A DNA stretch of 63,243 nucleotides, filler included, from Reclinomonas americana ATCC 50394 (taxonomy: Eukaryota): assembly GCA_048213135.1 (NCBI GenBank). It is 2 parts of one record of this genome, joined end to end, with 100 filler letters (N's around TTAATTAATTAA, not from the genome) between each part and the next. Parts side by side here need not be neighbours in the genome. Positions count along the whole stretch, not along the records: positions 1 to 31,635 come from PS015306.1; 1 more part is not named here. One strand, given 5' to 3'. The notes under the pieces are model-generated. The model did no database searches and was not told the origin of the DNA. It was given only the letters and a program-made list of their open reading frames with translations. The position numbers and the translations under genes are program-made. Of the stretch, positions 14,472-25,953 are shown piece after piece (position 1 is the first letter of the stretch; every line of letters starts with the position of its first letter).

Positions 14472-14557
14472 GTTCTGCATGCATACACAGATGAATGAGG
14501 AAGGCATGGAGATTATCAGCAGACAAAGAGGCGCAGAAACATGCCAGTGCTGCAGTG

Positions 14558-14613
<56 letters not shown>

Positions 14614-15100
14614 CAGCTCACCGCAACGTGTGTGAAAAAACGTGTGGATATTCGTATTTTTCCGAACGCGGCTCGCGTTGTGCAAGCGCACGCGCAATGC
14701 ATGATTCGTGTCTCGCGATGCAAATGCGCCGAGTGCGGGGGAGAAGCGCCTTGTAATGTGTGGTGGAGGATCTTAAGCTTGCATGCACAGCAATCATGCA
14801 TATGATCAGTTGCAAATTCTGCAGTCAACCAGGAGGTGCATGGTCTGCGTGCGCACAACGATCATACGCATGTGTTGTTGCTGCTACCGTTGGTTTAGCT
14901 ATCCCATTAACAGGGCATTCACATCATACTAAAGTCTAAAAAAGGAACTTTCACAATCGATATCAGTTACAGTAAGTTACATAAGAAACGCTCTCGCCAC
15001 GTGTCATTTTGCCTGCGTCCTTGGCATATGTACGAGACGAAAATAACTCGCCTCTCTTTCCATTCTTTTACTTCCCCCCGGCACGCGAAGGTCCTCCACC

Positions 15101-16681
15101 ATGGCCCTGCGTGTGCTCACCGAACGTGGTGCCACCATCTCTGCCGATGGTGGTGAGATCGCATTCACAGCCCCCGACATGTCCATAAGCATGTCCATCC
15201 AAGATGCCGCCATGTTGCGCTTGTCATGAGCCCGCTGCGCTGACCAGACAACACTTGTATCTCACCCTGCACCCATGATCATGCCCGCAGTCTCGACCGC
15301 GCTCTCGCCGACGGCGTACCCTGTTTTACCACTTCCACCATCCGTGCACATGTTCCGCGCTTCCGCGACCTCATTCTTTCGTGTGGCGCGCGGCGGATCC
15401 TGACTTCCGGTTGGTGGTGTCTATTTCTGGAACATGTNNNNNNNNNNNNNNNNNNNNNNNNNNNNNNNNNNNNNNNNNNNNNNNNNNNNNNNNNNNNNNN
15501 NNNNNNNNNNNNNNNNNNNNNNNNNNNNNNNNNNNNNNNNNNNNNNNNNNNNNNNNNNNNNNNNNNNNNNNNNNNNNNNNNNNNNNNNNNNACATGTTCC
15601 GCGCTTCCGCGACCTCATTCTTTCGTGTGGCGCGCGGCGGATCCTGACTTCCGGTTGGTGGTGTCTATTTCTGGAACATGTTTTCGCGCCCTCCTGACAC
15701 TTGTGGGCCTGCGTGCAGACAACGCCGGAGGCAGTAGCGAACTATCCGAGGCTCTCTCGTATGGTACGATAACGCCTTTTCTCTGCACACTGCTTCCCAC
15801 GCAGCTCATTATTTTCTGCTGCTTTACAAATAGAGGTGGTCCCGCGACTTTGTCGCGCGGAGCTCCTCGCCACAGAGGTTGCGTATTTCGCTCGTCAGTC
15901 AGCACCACGCCAGCAGCAGCACACTCACCGTGTTCTCCGTCCGCAGTGCGAGATTCAGTACGTGCCGTACAGCAAGATCACCGATTTCTGTGTCAGCATC
16001 GAAGACGAGGCGATGGGAGTCTCCGTCACTCGAGCGTACAAGCATGTCGGCCGCTTCACCCGCTACGATGCCGAACGCCTGTTGCGCAAGAAGCTCGACG
16101 GAGTCAACAAGTCCACTGGTAAGAGAGACGCACTGTGCATGCTGTCCGTCGCCACGCCCTCACTGTCCCGCACACGCAGCTGGCGTGACCGGCGAGGTGA
16201 CGTGGACACGGCAGATTCTGGACGTGCAGGCGCCCGACAAGGTGAGAGAAACGACGCACACAGCACCTCCTCCTCCTCCTTCTGTGTTCCCCCGTCTGAC
16301 CAGCATCCTCAGCGGACCGCGCGCCTGCTGCGCCGAACCTACTGGCGCCTGCCGCGCTCACTGCGCAGCAACACCATTGTGCTATGCACCATTGTCGAAA
16401 ACGTCGACGAGATCTGGTCGAACCGCGGTCGTGACCTCGCGGTGAAGGCCGCCGCTGCCGCCGCCACCACAGTGTCGAGCTCCACCGACTCTGTCGGATG
16501 CAGTGGATCCGCTGTTGAGGAGTCGCCGCCTGCGACAGCGACCGCAGCGTCCTCCAGCAAGAAGAGCAAGAAGAAGACGATTGCGTGCCTGTTGAGACCC
16601 ATCACGCCGGAGGAGACCCTGTCGCTCTTCCACGAGATGCCAGTTATGGTCGCTGAGCAGCCGCTCATGGTGTCCGCATAA
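15101..16681 (+). CDS. AAC4-like protein (family of Dictyostelium AAC-rich mRNA clone AAC4), multi-exon
   Basis: Spliced GARRILTS-DNAGGSSELSEALSY, LLATE-CEIQYVPYSKITDF, GVSVTRAY, AERLLRKKLDGV, WTRQIL, NTIVLCT match the recalled family pattern; start uncertain. Confidence 0.7.
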
Positions 16682-16851
16682 TTGATAGCCACCTGGGCGT
16701 GCGTGTTACTGTTGTTGTTGTTGTTGTAAATCAAAATGAATCGTGTTCTGAAAACAAACGTCGTGCGTGCATTCGCCACTCCGCCTTCACAGAGACGGGT
16801 GGGCGGCCATCAACAGGGGAAATAACACACACACTCTCCACCACTCGCAGG

Positions 16852-19800
16852 TCACTCGTCCACCTCCGCAGTCGGGAACTTGGACGAGATGTTCATCCAG
16901 TCAAAGTTGCTGCGCGTGGCGAGCACGTGAGAGAGAAAAGGAGACGCAGGCAATGAGCGGGAGGGGGACGCAACAAGAGGTCGGGTGCGCCGGCATGATG
17001 CACGCCGGCGAACTCGGGGTGCTCCGACCAGCGGAAGGGCGGCAGAGACTCGTGGGTCGGGCCCACAATGGCATCGGCCGCGAGGAAATCGACTCGAGAA
17101 GCAGCAGAAATCTGTGCACGAGAATGAGCGACGGCGGAGGATGTGTGTGCATTGCTGCATGTACCTTGCCGTCGGTGCCGCCGAAAGCCACCGGCTTGCC
17201 CTGGGAGCCAGAGAGGAGGTCGCCACGCGAGGCGATTGCATTCATGGGATCGCCCATCGAGAGCGGGTCGTGTTGGAAGTCGTTCCACTGAATGATCTGC
17301 TTCACCTTGCTGGTGTCGGCCGCGCAATTCTGCAACGAGACGGTGAGTACGTGAATTTGTGTGCACCACAGCGTGCACACTCACCGAATACTTGGCGGTG
17401 CCGCTGCTGCCGAGTGCGTAGCGGCGGAAGATGTTGGCGCGCGGGCACTTGTCGAACGAGTACTCGTCGCCCTTCTTCTTAAACATGTCCTCGTAGCCGG
17501 AGGCATCATAGATTTCCTGTCGCACATGTGAGCACGGCAGCAACCATCTTTCACAAGGGCAAGGAGGGTATTCACCTTGAAGTACGGCTGTTACGGGTGC
17601 GTAGCAGCATCAGGGAAGTGAGTGAGATCATAGTTGCGGCACTCCTGACAAAACGGCACGATGACACGCACGACATTGTAGGTGGCAAAGTAGCCATTGG
17701 CGTTGATCTGTGCAGTCAAATCCCCGCGCTGCGTCTGGCCCGGCAGTTGCTCGACGGCCCACAGAGTGCCCGGTGGCTGTGCCGTTGTCAATCAGTACAT
17801 CCCGCATTACACGTACACACATACATACATGCGTGCAATGCCAACCAGCGTTGTCGACTGCTTGTTGAAGTTCTTGCCGTCAATCACGTGCCAGAAGTTG
17901 TTGTACCTGCATCACACAAGGATACCACCAATGAGGAGGCGCACGACGAGAATGGGCGGAGGAGACCTCGCCAACTCCTCTACGCAACGTGCCGGAATTG
18001 AAGCGCGCAAAGTTGGTCTGCTCGGGAGAGAGACACGCACACGCACAGAGAGTAGTGAGCGTGCTGCGATGTGGACATGTAAATCTCAGGCGTGCAGCAC
18101 TTACCGTCCACTCATCGCCATTGGCAGAGAGAAGGTTGGAGACCACGGCTCGCTGCCAGCACAGAGCACTGCAAGCAGAGGGTCAGGACGAGGCACGGGG
18201 CGCACATGATGCACATGCAGTTACTGTTACCTTTGCGGCATGATGAGGTCAAGCAGCGACTTGTTGAATACCGAGTTTGTCGTCTCCTGCGCGCCGCGTG
18301 CAGAATGTGAGAGGACGAGCTTGCATTCTCTCGTCTCTCTGAAGAGCAACTGACCATTACGGTGAGGCGGTTGCCGGTAATGAAGAAATCGTCCTGCGCG
18401 AGGCATGGCACACAAGAGTTACGGACGGCGCACCAGCCACAGGTGGAACGATTCGCAACAAACCTTGGAGCTGAGGAACGTCGGCGAGCTTGATGTGGCG
18501 ACTGTGAAGGGCGACAACACGTTCGGAATGCTCGTGTAGCGGTAGGTGACGAGCTGTGTGCATGAATGACGTTTGCTGTCGATTTCGAGCACTTTGACCT
18601 CACAAGAGCACTACGAAACCTTCCAGATGCGCAGTCCGCCAGAGTACCACGGGCTGTGACGATGATCTCGTGAGTTCTCTTGCAACGGAAAGCCACAGCG
18701 TGTATGTGCCTCGTCGACTCACCGCCAGGTGACATGCGCTGCGTAGAGGTCTTGACCCGGGCAGAACTGAGAGCCAGCACGCGCAGAGTGAGAAAAAAAC
18801 GGAGAGCACGAAGAGCAATACGGGCGGCTCCTGTTACCTGCACAATGGCGGAGCACTCGGTGAGACCGGGGCGCATGCTGAGGTGGTGCACGGGGCCCTT
18901 GGTGACGTTGAACTGCAGACAATCGTCTGCGTGAGCATCACGCCACCGATGCACGAAACGCATGCAACACACTACCCTGTACGTCACCTTGTCGTTGAGC
19001 TCGTAAAGGTCACCAGCCGACTGCAGCAAGTACAGTTCTGCAGTGGACACACAACATGTGTGAGACGGCAGAGTCGTAATCACAGCAAATGCGGAGCAGT
19101 GCGAAACGAAGGCGAGACAGCGGCTGCGGAAACAGAGAGAAACAAAAGAACATCATCGTCGTCGCGTCAGAAATGCAGAGCGAAAAAGAAAACAAGAATG
19201 CGCAGTCGCGTACCTCCGCTGGGGCCTGGCGGAAGGCATTGTAGCCGGCGACCATGCCAGAAAACTGCTGATCCAGCAGGTACTGCGCCTGCCAGTAGCG
19301 CATCACTGTGTACGGACACAGGTGTGAGCAGGCAACACACGACACCGTCGATCGCCGGCACGCAACACTCGGGAGAATTGTTCTGGCGCGACGCAATCTG
19401 ACTCTGAATGAACTGCTGCTGCTGGCTGAACCAGTCCCAGTAGCCTGCGACGAATCACCATTACTACCACTGATGACTCCTCTCAACTGCGGCGGCGGTC
19501 AACTCACCAGCCGGAGCATTCGGCAGCATGGCACCAAACTACGACGACCCCCGCGGGTCACACACATGCACGCTCGCGTCGGGAAGGGTAAACCGCACAG
19601 CACGCGCAGCTCACCTCATTCAGCATGTAGTTTTGCGTGTAGTAGAACATGAGATCCCACGTGAGGTACGACTCCAGCAAGCCTTTGCGCACGTCAGTCA
19701 CATGACACCAAGCGAAACACGCGACACATACACACCGAGAGCATACGCCTTGTCGGCATCATTGGCGTCAGTGGCCGCCGACACCTGCATGCGCAACACG

Positions 19801-20272
19801 CCCCAACCGACTTGCAAGTTGGTGTTGTTGTACACACCATACGCGACAGAGTCTTCCAACGAATGACAGACAATGAGCGACTTGACTGATCATCACTGAG
19901 TGCATGACAATCATGATTCCAACTCACTGCTCATGTCAATGGTGCTAATCACACGCCAAGTGCCGTCGGCCTGACGCATCACCGAGCCAACACGCACTGA
20001 TGCAGTCATGTGCGGAGAGGCGGAAGCCGAGATGCCACTGACATCACCATAGTCGTCGTATCCCAGGTGCTCATAGCTCGCAGCCACGTGCGGCTCACTG
20101 GAGGCGGAGGCGTCTGAGAGAGAGAGAGAGAGTGTGGAGGAGTGAGAAGAGATGCGTCACACATGTGTGCGAGAAGGAGGTGACCATTCTCAGTCAGCAC
20201 GGCTGCGTGTGCGCTCAGCGTGAGCAGTGCCACCACGAGGAGGAGCGAGAGGAGTGCAACACCACGCGTCAT
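16852..20272 (-). CDS. Phospholipase B-like protein (PLBD family, Ntn hydrolase), multi-exon
   Basis: Signal peptide MTRGVALLSLLL; ECSAIVQV (nucleophile Cys); DLYAAHVTW; SKDDFFIT..ETTNSVFN; NSGTYNNFW; LWAVEQLPG; GYFATYNV; CPRANIFRR; NAIASRGDL; GGTDGK; PDLFNFDW. Confidence 0.9.
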
Positions 20273-20472
20273 GACTGCGCGCGTGTGTGTGAGAGGAACA
20301 AAGGTGACGGACTGTTGGAATTTATGTCCTTGTCAATGTCGAGAGCCTTCTCGACGTTTTCGTGACTCGAGCTGATGCGCGCGACTGCGATGACGGTTGA
20401 GTAGTCTTCGCAGCAAAGCGGCGTGGTGCTGGCGCCGCTTCTTGTTGACCCGCTTTTCCGCTGGGCACTGCG

Positions 20473-22482
20473 TTACTCCCACTCGAGGTCCGGATGCTGC
20501 TCGGTGTCGCGTCGCCGGCACTGCAGGCGTTCCATCCAGCCTGCCAGCTCGTTGAACACCATGCGCGGCGGTAGTCTGGGGGCGGACTCTCGTCGGAAGA
20601 CGGTCTGCCATGCGCGACGATCCGGGTCGTCGTCGGCGGCGCTGTCGTCCGTGTCGTCCTCTTCGACGTCTTCCACGCTCTCGGCGGCTGAGGCGCTCCG
20701 TGCGGGGAGCACCAGGCCCCATCGCGTGGTCAGTTCCGGCTTGAGGCTGTAGAATTCGGCAAAGGAGAGCGCGCGGTCGTCGTCCACATCGGCGCGGCAC
20801 AGCAGATCCCACATCTCCACGTTGCGCAGCAGCAGCACGAGGAACGTGCGGAACTCGTTGGCCTCGACGAAACGATCGGCAATCTGCTGATCACGCGGCG
20901 TCTTGTGGCGGCTGAGCGCACGTGCTCCGTCGAACGCCCGATCGAGTGCCGGTCGAGCCCGTGCCAGCACCTCGAGGCCGGGGATCGTGCGCAGGGCGCG
21001 ATCCAGTTCGCCAATCGACAGCATTGCATTGCCGTTGGCGTCGATCTCCGTAAACAGCACCTTGCGGCGCTCGGCATCGGCGGGTGTGCGGCGCCACGGC
21101 AGGGCGGCCGACAGCGCGAGCCAGTCAATGGGCTCCACTCCCCCTCGCTCGGGAAGGCGAATGGGCTCCGGCGGAGCCACCACCTGCTGGCGCGGCGGCG
21201 GATGCAGCAGCAGCATGTCGGCATGCTCCGTCGAATCCGCGCCATTCGCCGGCGACGGAGGCGTGAGGAGAATGATTCCGGCTGGCGTGTGCGGCAGCGC
21301 CATTGTGGTCGGCGTGTAGGGCGTCGCGGGTGCCACGGCCGCAGCGCGTGAGCTCACCGCCGGTGGTGTCTCCGGTGCGCTCTGCTCAAACGCCCTGGTC
21401 GGCGACTGCATCGGTGACGAGGTCGTGTCCATCTGCAACAGCGGCAGTCGACCAACTGGCGACGTCGGCGTGTACTTGTCTGCCTGCTTGCCGCCACTGT
21501 CACGATCGCCACAGAAGAGACGCGGAATGCACGCCATGCAGAGAGCGAGAAACGCCAACCAGGCCAACATGGCGCCACTCCTGCGAAATTACATGAGTGT
21601 GTTAGCAGAGGGCGTTGTTCCATCGCCGCGACAGACTCACCAGTACACCTTGAACGACCAGCTCCACGAGATCCACGTGCGCGTAGGCGACGGACACGCC
21701 GATCGGCGATCGACCGCGGCCGAGTAATACGCCACCGCCGCCAAGCTAAGCGCACATCCACAAAAGATGGCCACCTGCACACAACAGAATGAGCGCAGTC
21801 GCGAGGGAATGGGACTCCTGCAATGCACAGACCAGTGCTGTTGCCCACAGCACCACATGTCGTCGAGGCGCCAGCACCCACGCCCAGGCAGCCGCAATGA
21901 GCGCCACGGCAGTGCAAACGCAGGCAATCACCGCTAAAATGAAGCTCTGCAATGCAGCACCGCGACGACAATGATAAGGAAAACGCAGATATCGAAAAGC
22001 CTGTTCGATTGTTTGTGTGTGCGCAACATCGCGACCGACTGTGCTCCCTCGTGGTCCCTCGCAGTTGGTACATGAGGAGCACAGGCGACTATGTACACAG
22101 TGTGTGTGTGTAAGAGAGAGAAGGAGGGAGGGAGCGAGCGAGCAGAGAGTGTGACGAAACGATCCGTTGAGTGTGATCACACACAGCGTTCTGTGCATTC
22201 TGCGTCAGTCTCTCGCGCTCAATGTTGGTGTGTGTGTGCATTGGAGTACCGTTCTAATAGGCCGGCATTGAACGCGCTTGAATCGGAGCAGGACTCCTCT
22301 CTGTGTGTGAGTGATCGTGAGAGGCAGTAAGAAAGAGAGTGAGTGAGTGTGTGTGTGTGAGTTCGTGCGCGCAACAGCCAGTGTGTGGTGGCGAGACCGA
22401 CAATCTGAGTCGCAGTGGCGGCGATGCATAACACTGTGCACACGCCAAAGAGCGCGGAGGTTCTCCACACTGCGCTCGGCAT
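20473..22482 (-). CDS. Claudin/PMP22-like four-TM protein fused to a calflagin (flagellar calcium-binding protein)-like EF-hand domain
   Basis: Spliced N-terminus gives TM1, then THWLEESC..NAGLLERRLC..C (W-GL-C-C pattern) and three more hydrophobic helices; last exon LPWRRTPADAERRKVLFTEIDANGNAMLS..RAFDGAR..FVEANEFRTFL..ADVDDDRALSFAEF..TRWG follows the calflagin pattern. Confidence 0.7.
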
Positions 22483-23008
22483 TTTTTCTGATTGGTGGGT
22501 GTGATGGCAGTTTCGCACCTAAAACGGAACGGACAGACTTGGTAATGTCGACGCTCTTTTGGCCGCGGGTGTTTGTTTTCTGCCTTTTTCTTTCTTTACC
22601 TTCTGAGATGACTGCGTTTGCGTGGGTGTGCGTACGCCGCGGGATGGCAATAGTGCGTCGCCGATTCGGGCACGCCGCCGGTATGTCCTTCCACACGTCG
22701 CGCCATGCATGCGAGAAAAAGGAAGAGAGGGGTTGGCAGCCACTCCAAACCTACGAATCCTCCTCGTGCACAAATTCGCGTGCTGCATTGTCTCCGCGGC
22801 CTCCTACATCGTGGAGCGAACGAGCGAACATACCATGCATGTTCGGCGCTGACGTCCGAAGTTCGATCGTCACACCGTTCCTCTCCACGCCATTCCCTCT
22901 TCACTAATCCAAGCACGCCTCACTCTTCACCTTTTTTGTTGATACCCCCCGTACCCTCTCCGCTCCGCCTCCGCCTCCTCCTCCTTTGTCGGTATCGGGC
23001 ACAATTTT

Positions 23009-25854
23009 CTAGTCGGCGGCTGCGGCGGCGGCGGCTGCTGCTGCCGCGGTGGCTGGGTCCACGTCCAACTTGTACACCATGTTCTCGCGGCTAATCAGCT
23101 GGCAGCTCGACTCCACCAAGCTCAGCAGATCCGACACCTTGCGGCTCCACTCGTCTATTTTTGGCACAAAAAATTAAAATAGTGAGTCCAACTGTACCTC
23201 CCCCAACCATAAACCCCCCTGACAACAAAAGAAGGAGACCATGGAGGGACTCGAACCCCCAGCCTACAGATTAGAACTCTGCTGCGCTACCATTGCGCCA
23301 CACGGTCTTTGCTGCAACACGGTAACGCAACTGAGCACACGGTCGGGTGTGGTCGGCGGCACAAACGAGATGGTGCCGTCGATGCGGTCGATCTTGGCGT
23401 AGATGGTCTTCAGAGACACCATCTTGGCCACGTACTCCTCTGTCGCTTCCGAGCTCAGGCCCAGGATGAAGGCCAGTCGGTCCACTCGTATGCGCTTGTA
23501 GAACTTGGCCACCACACGCACGTTCTGTGTGTGACACGCCGAATTTAGGAGGAAGAAATTCCCAGGGAAACCCCAAAATGCTTCAGGTCGCACACGCACG
23601 TGCTCAATGGTGCGTTTCCTCAGCTCGTCGGTGAACTCGACACCGGTCTCCATGCTCGAAAACACCGCGTGTGGTCCCTCGCCGGTGACCGGATCCACTG
23701 CCATCACCGTGTCAAAGTCCACGAGAATGTCGTCAATGTACTTCTTCAGCATGTTCCTGCACACCGTTGTGAGAAAAGAGGAAACGACTGCACCAACCAA
23801 AGGAAAAGGCGAGCGCAACTGGTAGTACGGCAGCTCGCGCAGCTTCTTCTCCTGCTGAATTCGCAACACCAAATCAAGCTGCTCCGAGTCGAACGGCGCC
23901 AGAATGGCAAACACCACACAGCTGCGCAACGCCTGCACAGCACCAACGCAATGTATGTGAGACACCACCGACTTGTGGGGATCGGGTGCACGTTGCGACA
24001 TACCTCGGTCCACTGAGCCTGGTTCTCTTGCACGACGTCCGTGTGGAAAATGTGTTGGTATGATCGCGACACGTCGAGGAACGAGCGGCGGTGCAGGTGG
24101 TACTGCAGCATCAGCTCGTAGAAGCGGACCTTCAGATCCTGCGTGCCACGAGACGTGCGAAAAATGGTCAGCAGGAGAAAGAGTAAAGAACGAGAGAGAA
24201 AGAATGTACGAGGGTGTGAATGCGCAGTCGTTGGGCGTGTGTGTGTATTCCTCTCTCCCTCTCCCAATCTCTCCCTCCCTCACCTGGAACTCCTTGTCGC
24301 CCAGCGCACGCGCGCCGACCTTCTTCGACAGCAGCTGCACTCGCACGTACTCCTGCGCCGCCAAACACATGCGCATCTGCTCCAGAATGTACTCGAACCG
24401 CTCCCGACGCTCCATCGACCCGCACGTCTCCACCTACCCGACAACAACACAAGCAAACGCACATGAGAACTGCAGCCGACACACATCTCGGCATTNNNNN
24501 NNNNNNNNNNNNNNNGTGTGTGTGTGTGTTTGCACATGGCGCCATTTTCGCGCGCACTCACAATTCCCCTGTTACTCACTCTGTTGCTCTCTGCTGCGCT
24601 GGGTTGTAGGGCGGTGACTTCCACTCGACCGCCGCACTGGCAGTGGAGATTGTGAAAATGGCGCGTGAGACCGATGACTGGGCATTGATCATTGACAAGT
24701 TGATGTTGGTGACCAAGCGACGTGGACAGTACAAGCAAGTTACGTGTCTGTGGCCACTCGTCTCCAGGGGTCGCTCGATCCGCTGAAAAAGGGAACTGGG
24801 GAGAGCAGGCGGTGACTCGTGCTGTGCGTGAGGCCATGGGATACTTGGATCAGACGCCGTCGGAGGAGATCAAGCTGCAGCTGATTGACGCGCTGCGCCA
24901 GATCACCGAGGGAAAGATCTATGTGGAGGTGGAGCGTGCGCGCTTGACGCTGATGCTGTCGCGCATTCGTGAGGCCGAGGGCAAGATTGCAGAGGCTGCG
25001 ACCACCATTCAGGAAGTGGCGGTGCGTTTTTTGTTGTCNNNNNNNNNNNNNNNNNNNNNNNNNNNNNNNNNNNNNNNNNNNNNNNNNNNNNNNNNNNNNN
25101 NNNNNNNNNNNNNNNNNNNNNNNNNNNNNNNNNNNNNNNNNNNNNNNNNNNNNNNNNNNNNNNNNNNNNNNNNNNNNNNNNNNNNNNNNNNNNNNNNNNN
25201 NNNNNNNNNNNNNNNNNNNNNNNNNNNNNNNNNNNNNNNNNNNNNNNNNNNNNNNNNNNNNNNNNNNNNNNNNNNNNNNNNNNNNNNNNNNNNNNNNNNN
25301 NNNNNNNNNNNNNNNNNNNNNNNNNNNNNNNNNNNNNNNNNNNNNNNNNNNNNNNNNNNNNNNNNNNNNNNNNNNNNNNNNNNNNNNNNNNNNNNNNNNN
25401 NNNNNNNNNNNNNNNNNNNNNNNNNNNNNNNNNNNNNNNNNNNNNNNNNNNNNNNNNNNNNNNNNNNNNNNNNNNNNNNNNNNNNNNNNNNNNNNNNNNN
25501 NNNTTTCACCGTGTGTGCCACTCACCAAACGCGTCTTCTTCTCTTGCGCCAGCAGCGTGTCAATGGCCGATGCAATGGAGGCACCCTGGACATGTGTTGT
25601 GTGAGGTTGTTGTCTTCTCTGTGTGCGACAAGAGTGCAAGTTCGTTCAAACGCAACAGACTTGACTGCCTCGCGCTGTGCACTGATCAGTGCCGTGGTCT
25701 CTGCTCTGTGAGCCGGTCAAGCACGACCAGTGTGAGTGGCACAGAGAGAGAGACGCATGAGAGTGTAAGTGAGGAAAAGTTTGCGCAACGAGAAGTCGTT
25801 CTCCGGCTTCATCAGCACCGCGTCCTCCTCCTCCTTCATTGCAATGGTCTCCAT
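23009..25854 (-). CDS. PSMD12: 26S proteasome lid subunit Rpn5 (PCI domain), multi-exon; exons at 24611-25021 lie on an inverted contig
   Basis: LLAQEKKTRL; KRRGQYKQAV; ITEGKIYVEVERARLT; VETCGSM..ILEQMRMCL; ILAPFDSEQLDL; EHNVRVVAKFYKRI; AKIDRIDG; LNEWSRKVSDLLSLV. Confidence 0.95.
23236..23307 (-). tRNA. tRNA-Arg(UCU), intronless, nested in the last intron of Rpn5
   Basis: Cloverleaf GACCGTG-TG-GCGC AATGGTA GCGC-A-GCAGA GTTCTAA TCTGT-AGGCT-GGGGG TTCGAGT CCCTC-CATGGTC-T; A and B boxes present; TTTT shortly downstream. Confidence 0.88.
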
Positions 25855-25953
25855 GGTTGACGCGCTCACAAACACTCGCTGCAGTCGGTGTGGATCATGC
25901 GCAGAGAGGACGGCAGGACACATCCTTTTCCCCTCACTCTCTGCGCGACGAGA

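Larger units (their letters stand above)
1407..14480. repeat. Tandem segmental duplication (~6.5 kb unit) carrying the M36 gene
   Basis: 1407 onward matches 7963 onward almost base for base, introns included; the left breakpoint of copy 2 is near 7906. Confidence 0.95.

Noticed and set aside
15348..15681. 90-bp direct repeat flanking a gap, with 9-bp terminal inverted repeats (ACATGTTCC..GGAACATGT), MITE-like
   Set aside because: The unit encodes part of the AAC4-like exon plus its donor, and both identical copies abut the gap; an unmerged contig overlap is the simpler explanation
23261..23280. Possible amber suppressor (CTA in the anticodon loop) or AGA reassignment
   Set aside because: The 7-nt loop GTTCTAA centres on TCT; AGA occurs at a conserved Arg in the ABCC gene (DKRASLMNE); TAA, TAG and TGA all end genes here
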